Assembly: GCA_964342475.1 (NCBI GenBank)
Contig: CAYFGE010000016.1
Span: 2,742-66,741 of the forward strand
Direction of reading: 5' to 3'
DNA length: 64,000 nucleotides
From: an uncultured Planctomycetales bacterium
GTDB taxonomy: Bacteria; Planctomycetota; UBA1135
Part shown: positions 61,142-64,000 of the stretch, in pieces
Layout of the letters: each line of letters begins with the position of its first letter
Numbering within the stretch: position 1 is the first letter of the stretch
Notes under the pieces: generated by a model
The model's database searches: none
What the model saw: only the letters and a program-made list of their open reading frames with translations
What the model was told of the DNA's origin: nothing
Program-made: the position numbers and the translations under genes

Positions 61142-62010
61142 CGGCCGATCCGGCCGGCGCGGTCCTGCCACACCGCGCCCGCGGCCTTCGGGCCGTGGAT
61201 GTAGAGCGGCTCGCCGCCCGGGACGACCGAGTAGCCGGACAGGTCGCGGACCCCGGCCGCCTCGAGCGCCTCCTCGTCGAGCCAGGCGTGCCCGGTGACG
61301 TCGGCCCACGGGCGGGCGAGCAGGGCGAGAAGGGCGTCGGACAGGACCTCGGCCTTGCGCCACTGCTCCGGGCGGCCGAGCTGGTGGTTGATCGAGGCCT
61401 GCGACTCGACCACCGTCGCCGGCCACAGCGCGAAGGAGGCGACGTCCTGGGCGCGCTCCTCCTCGGCGAGGCCGAGGGCCAGCAGGGTCATCCCCAGCTT
61501 GCTGATGCCGTAGCCGGTCTTGCCCGGCAGGAGGGACAGGTCGAGCGGCGGCGAGAGGTTCACGATCCAGCCCCCGCCGGCCGCGCGCAGGTGCGGCAGC
61601 GCGTGGTGCGCCGCCAGGTGACAGGCGCGGACGTTGACCTCCATGACCAGGTCGAAACGCTTGGCCGGGGTCTCGGCCACCGGGCGCCACCACAACGCCC
61701 CAGCGTTGTTGACGAGCAGATCCAGCCGCCCGAACTCCTCGACCGTCCGCGCGACCATGGCCTCGACCTCCTCCTCCTTGCGCAGATTCGTGCGCACGGC
61801 GAGGGCGCGGCCGCCGGCGGCCTCGATCTCGGCCACGGTGTCGTGGATCGAACCGGGCAGGTTCTCGCGGGCGCGCTCGCTCTTGGCGGCCACCGCCACC
61901 GCCGCGCCGCAGGCGGCCAGCTCGCGGGCGATCACCCGGCCGATGCCCCGGCTGGCCCCCGTGACGATCGCCACGCGGCCGGCGAGGTCCGGGCGGGGCG
62001 GGGCGCTCAC
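61138..62010 (-). CDS. Short-chain dehydrogenase/reductase (SDR) family oxidoreductase
   Basis: Its GTG overlaps the fadD stop (GTGA). It is the C-terminal 290 aa of ORF 61138..63741. VAIVTGASRGIGRVIA, LVNNAG, YGISK. Confidence 0.85.
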   Translation of the reverse strand: MSAPPRPDLAGRVAIVTGASRGIGRVIARELAACGAAVAVAAKSERARENLPGSIHDTVAEIEAAGGRALAVRTNLRKEEEVEAMVARTVEEFGRLDLLVNNAGALWWRPVAETPAKRFDLVMEVNVRACHLAAHHALPHLRAAGGGWIVNLSPPLDLSLLPGKTGYGISKLGMTLLALGLAEEERAQDVASFALWPATVVESQASINHQLGRPEQWRKAEVLSDALLALLARPWADVTGHAWLDEEALEAAGVRDLSGYSVVPGGEPLYIHGPKAAGAVWQDRAGRIGR

Positions 62011-63701
62011 TCGGCCGCCTTCTTCTTGGCCAGCTCCTCGTCGCGCAGCACCCGGCGCAGCAGCTTCATCATCGAGCTCTTCGGCAGCTCGTCGCGGAAC
62101 TCCCAGAGCTTCGGCACCTTGTAACGCGCGAGGTTCTCGCGGCAGAAGCCGGTCAGCTCCTCGGCGGTCACCGAGCTGCCCGGCTTGAGCTGGACGAAGG
62201 ACTTCACGGTCTCGCCGCGCTTCTCGTCCGGCACGCCGATGGTGCAGGCCTCGACCACGTCGGGGTGGCTCATGAGCACGCGGTCGATCTCGTCGGGGAA
62301 GATGTTGTAGCCGCCGGCCAGGATCATGTCCTTCTTGCGGCCGACGATGCGCAGGTAGCCCTCCTCGTCCATCACCGCCAGGTCGCCGGTGTAGAGCCAG
62401 CCGTTGCGGATCATGTGCGCGGTCTCGTCGTCCATGCCCCAGTAGCCCTTCATGATCTGCGGGCCCTTGACGATCAGCTCGCCCTCCTGGCCGCGCGGCA
62501 TCTCGGTCAGGCCGCCGTCGGGGTCGACCACCTTGGCGTCGGTGTTCGACACCGCGATGCCGATGTGGCCGATCTTGCGCTTGCCGTTGAGCGGGTTGAC
62601 AGTGACCACCGGCGAGGTCTCGGTGAGCCCGAAGCCCTCGACGATCTTGGCGCCGGTCAGGGCCTCGAAGCGGGTCTGCACGTCCTCGGGCAGCGGCGCC
62701 GAGCCCGAGAAGCAGTACTTCACCGAGCTGACGTCCAGCTTGTCGATGCCCGGGAACTGGTTGAAGGCGTTGAACAGCGCCGGGACCGAGGGCATCAGCG
62801 TGACGCGGTGCTTGGTGATGTTCTTGACCATCTGCGGCACGTCGCGCGGGTTCGGCATCAGCACCATCGCCGCGCCGACCGAGATCGGCCAGTTCGTGCA
62901 GACGGTGAGGCCGAAGATGTGGAAGGCCGGCAGCGAGGCCAGCAGCACCTCGCGACCCTTCTCCAGGCCGGTGAACCAGGCGCTGATCTGCTGCACGTTG
63001 TAGCTGATGTTGCGCTGGGTCAGCATCGCGCCCTTGCTCACGCCGGTGGTGCCGCCGGTGTACTGCAGCATGGCGACGTCGTCCATCGAGATGTCCACCT
63101 TCGGCACGGCGGGCGCGGTGCCCTCGACCCACTTGCGGAAGAAGTGCAGGCCCGGCTCGGGCGCCACCTTGGCCCAGGTCGGCGGGTCCATCTTCTTCAG
63201 CTTGAGCGGGGCGAGCTGGCGCAGCGGGAAGCGCAGGTACTCCGGGATCGAGGCGATCACGTAGTGCTTCACCGGCAGCTTGTGGCGCATCTTCTTGAGC
63301 AGCCGCTCCCACAGGAAGTCCATCGTGATGGCGACCTCGCAGCCGGCGTCGTTCCACTGGTGCTCGATCTCGCGCTCGACGTAGAGCGGGTTGGTCATCA
63401 CCGCGTGCGCGCCGAGCATCTGGATGGCGAAGAAGGCGATGATCGTCTGCGGCACGTTCGGCGCGTGCACCGCCACCCGGCTGCCCTTGCCCACGCCGAG
63501 CGCGGCCAGCGCGGTGGCGCAGCGGTCGACCTGGTCCTTCAGCTGCGCGTAGCTGAGCCGACAGTTCAGGAAGATCAGCGCCGGGCGCTCGGAGTACCGC
63601 CGCGCGGAGTTCTCGAGGAAGTCGCGGATGCTGAGATCCTCGAAGTCGAGCGCGGCAGGGACGCCCTCGTCGTAGAACTGGTGCCAGACCCTGGATTCCA
63701 T
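62007..63701 (-). CDS. fadD: Long-chain-fatty-acid--CoA ligase
   Basis: AMP-binding box LQYTGGTTGVSKGAML, GFGLTETSP, YTGDLAVMDEEGYLRIVGRKKD, PKSSMMKLLRR. Confidence 0.95.
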   Translation of the reverse strand: MESRVWHQFYDEGVPAALDFEDLSIRDFLENSARRYSERPALIFLNCRLSYAQLKDQVDRCATALAALGVGKGSRVAVHAPNVPQTIIAFFAIQMLGAHAVMTNPLYVEREIEHQWNDAGCEVAITMDFLWERLLKKMRHKLPVKHYVIASIPEYLRFPLRQLAPLKLKKMDPPTWAKVAPEPGLHFFRKWVEGTAPAVPKVDISMDDVAMLQYTGGTTGVSKGAMLTQRNISYNVQQISAWFTGLEKGREVLLASLPAFHIFGLTVCTNWPISVGAAMVLMPNPRDVPQMVKNITKHRVTLMPSVPALFNAFNQFPGIDKLDVSSVKYCFSGSAPLPEDVQTRFEALTGAKIVEGFGLTETSPVVTVNPLNGKRKIGHIGIAVSNTDAKVVDPDGGLTEMPRGQEGELIVKGPQIMKGYWGMDDETAHMIRNGWLYTGDLAVMDEEGYLRIVGRKKDMILAGGYNIFPDEIDRVLMSHPDVVEACTIGVPDEKRGETVKSFVQLKPGSSVTAEELTGFCRENLARYKVPKLWEFRDELPKSSMMKLLRRVLRDEELAKKKAAE

Positions 63702-63749
63702 GTCCGGCAGGATAGCGGATCAGGCGCGCGCCCGGCATCATGCGCCGCC

Positions 63750-64000
63750 ATGGGAGACGCCGCGCCCGTCCACCCGGCCCGCCTGCCGGAGGAGGAGCTG
63801 AGGAAGGCCCTGCGCACCGAGCGCACGCGCGGCTCCGGCCCGGGCGGCCAGCACCGCAACCGCGTCGAGACCGAGGTGCGGCTGACCCACGTCCCCACCG
63901 GGATCCGCGCCTTCGCCGGCGAGCGGCGCAGCCAGCACCAGAACCACAAGGTGGCGATGTTCCGCCTCCGGCTGAACCTGGCGCTGCAGCACCGCAGCCC
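63750..64000 (+). CDS. Stand-alone class-I release-factor GGQ-domain protein (ArfB/PrfH-like); the 3-prime end runs off the window
   Basis: Not in the ORF track because there is no stop in the window. My translation from ATG 63750: MGDAAPVHPARLPEEELRKALRTERTRGSGPGGQHRNRVETEVRLTHVPTGIRAFAGERRSQHQNHKVAMFRLRLNLAL... Confidence 0.8.
   Translation, partial: MGDAAPVHPARLPEEELRKALRTERTRGSGPGGQHRNRVETEVRLTHVPTGIRAFAGERRSQHQNHKVAMFRLRLNLALQHRS

Overview
This is a 64-kb, very G+C-rich, gene-dense chromosomal window from a diderm bacterium. The gene content (DUF1080, DUF2891, GH127, GH172, FG-GAP, BNR, GldG/DUF4340 ABC system) is typical of Planctomycetota-, Myxococcota- or Verrucomicrobiota-like genomes, but the phylum is inference only. 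I call 51 protein-coding genes, two of them cut by the window edges. I found no rRNA, tRNA, CRISPR array, transposase, integrase or phage genes. Because of the G+C content, the ORF track is dominated by long spurious off-frame or antisense ORFs with Arg/Gly/Pro/Ala-rich translations. I chose real genes by recognisable catalytic motifs, signal peptides, Shine-Dalgarno sites and 4-nt start/stop overlaps. Many real starts are internal to the listed ORFs, and I placed them by counting residues. Gene blocks: (1) 1-7436, a six-gene minus-strand heavy-metal RND efflux operon led by two small membrane proteins and a His-rich protein. (2) 7510-15915, secreted or unassigned enzymes: DUF1080, ATP-grasp, DUF2891, cutinase-like hydrolase, beta-lactamase-fold/zincin fusion, GH2-like. 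(3) 16031-20578, a GldA/F/G-like ABC system plus DUF4340. (4) 20652-24690, a CUT1 sugar ABC importer whose binding protein is fused to a permease. (5) 24691-25717, a short islet of atypical composition with small secreted-protein ORFs. (6) 25718-38136, CoA-transferase, tandem SGNH esterase, BNR propeller, di-haem peroxidase, two hypotheticals, SASA sialate O-acetylesterase, ABM protein, GH127. (7) 38312-45397, a PadR pair, ribokinase, GH38-like, GH172, GH63-like. (8) 45441-47717, a DUF1028-M28-FN3 fusion. (9) 47714-56461 and 61138-63701, beta-oxidation genes (tetR, fadE, fadI/J-like, fadD, SDR) with passenger genes. (10) 56504-59953, a reprolysin-like metzincin and an FG-GAP propeller. Most worth a second look: an unassigned ~90-115-aa C-terminal module shared by five otherwise unrelated secreted proteins; the atypical islet with a Cys-rich secreted ORF that stays open through an in-frame TAA; several unusual domain fusions; and a co-directional esterase / hypothetical / hypothetical / di-haem peroxidase / BNR gene run. 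Nothing here could be checked against databases. All family names come from motif recognition, and all start codons are predictions.
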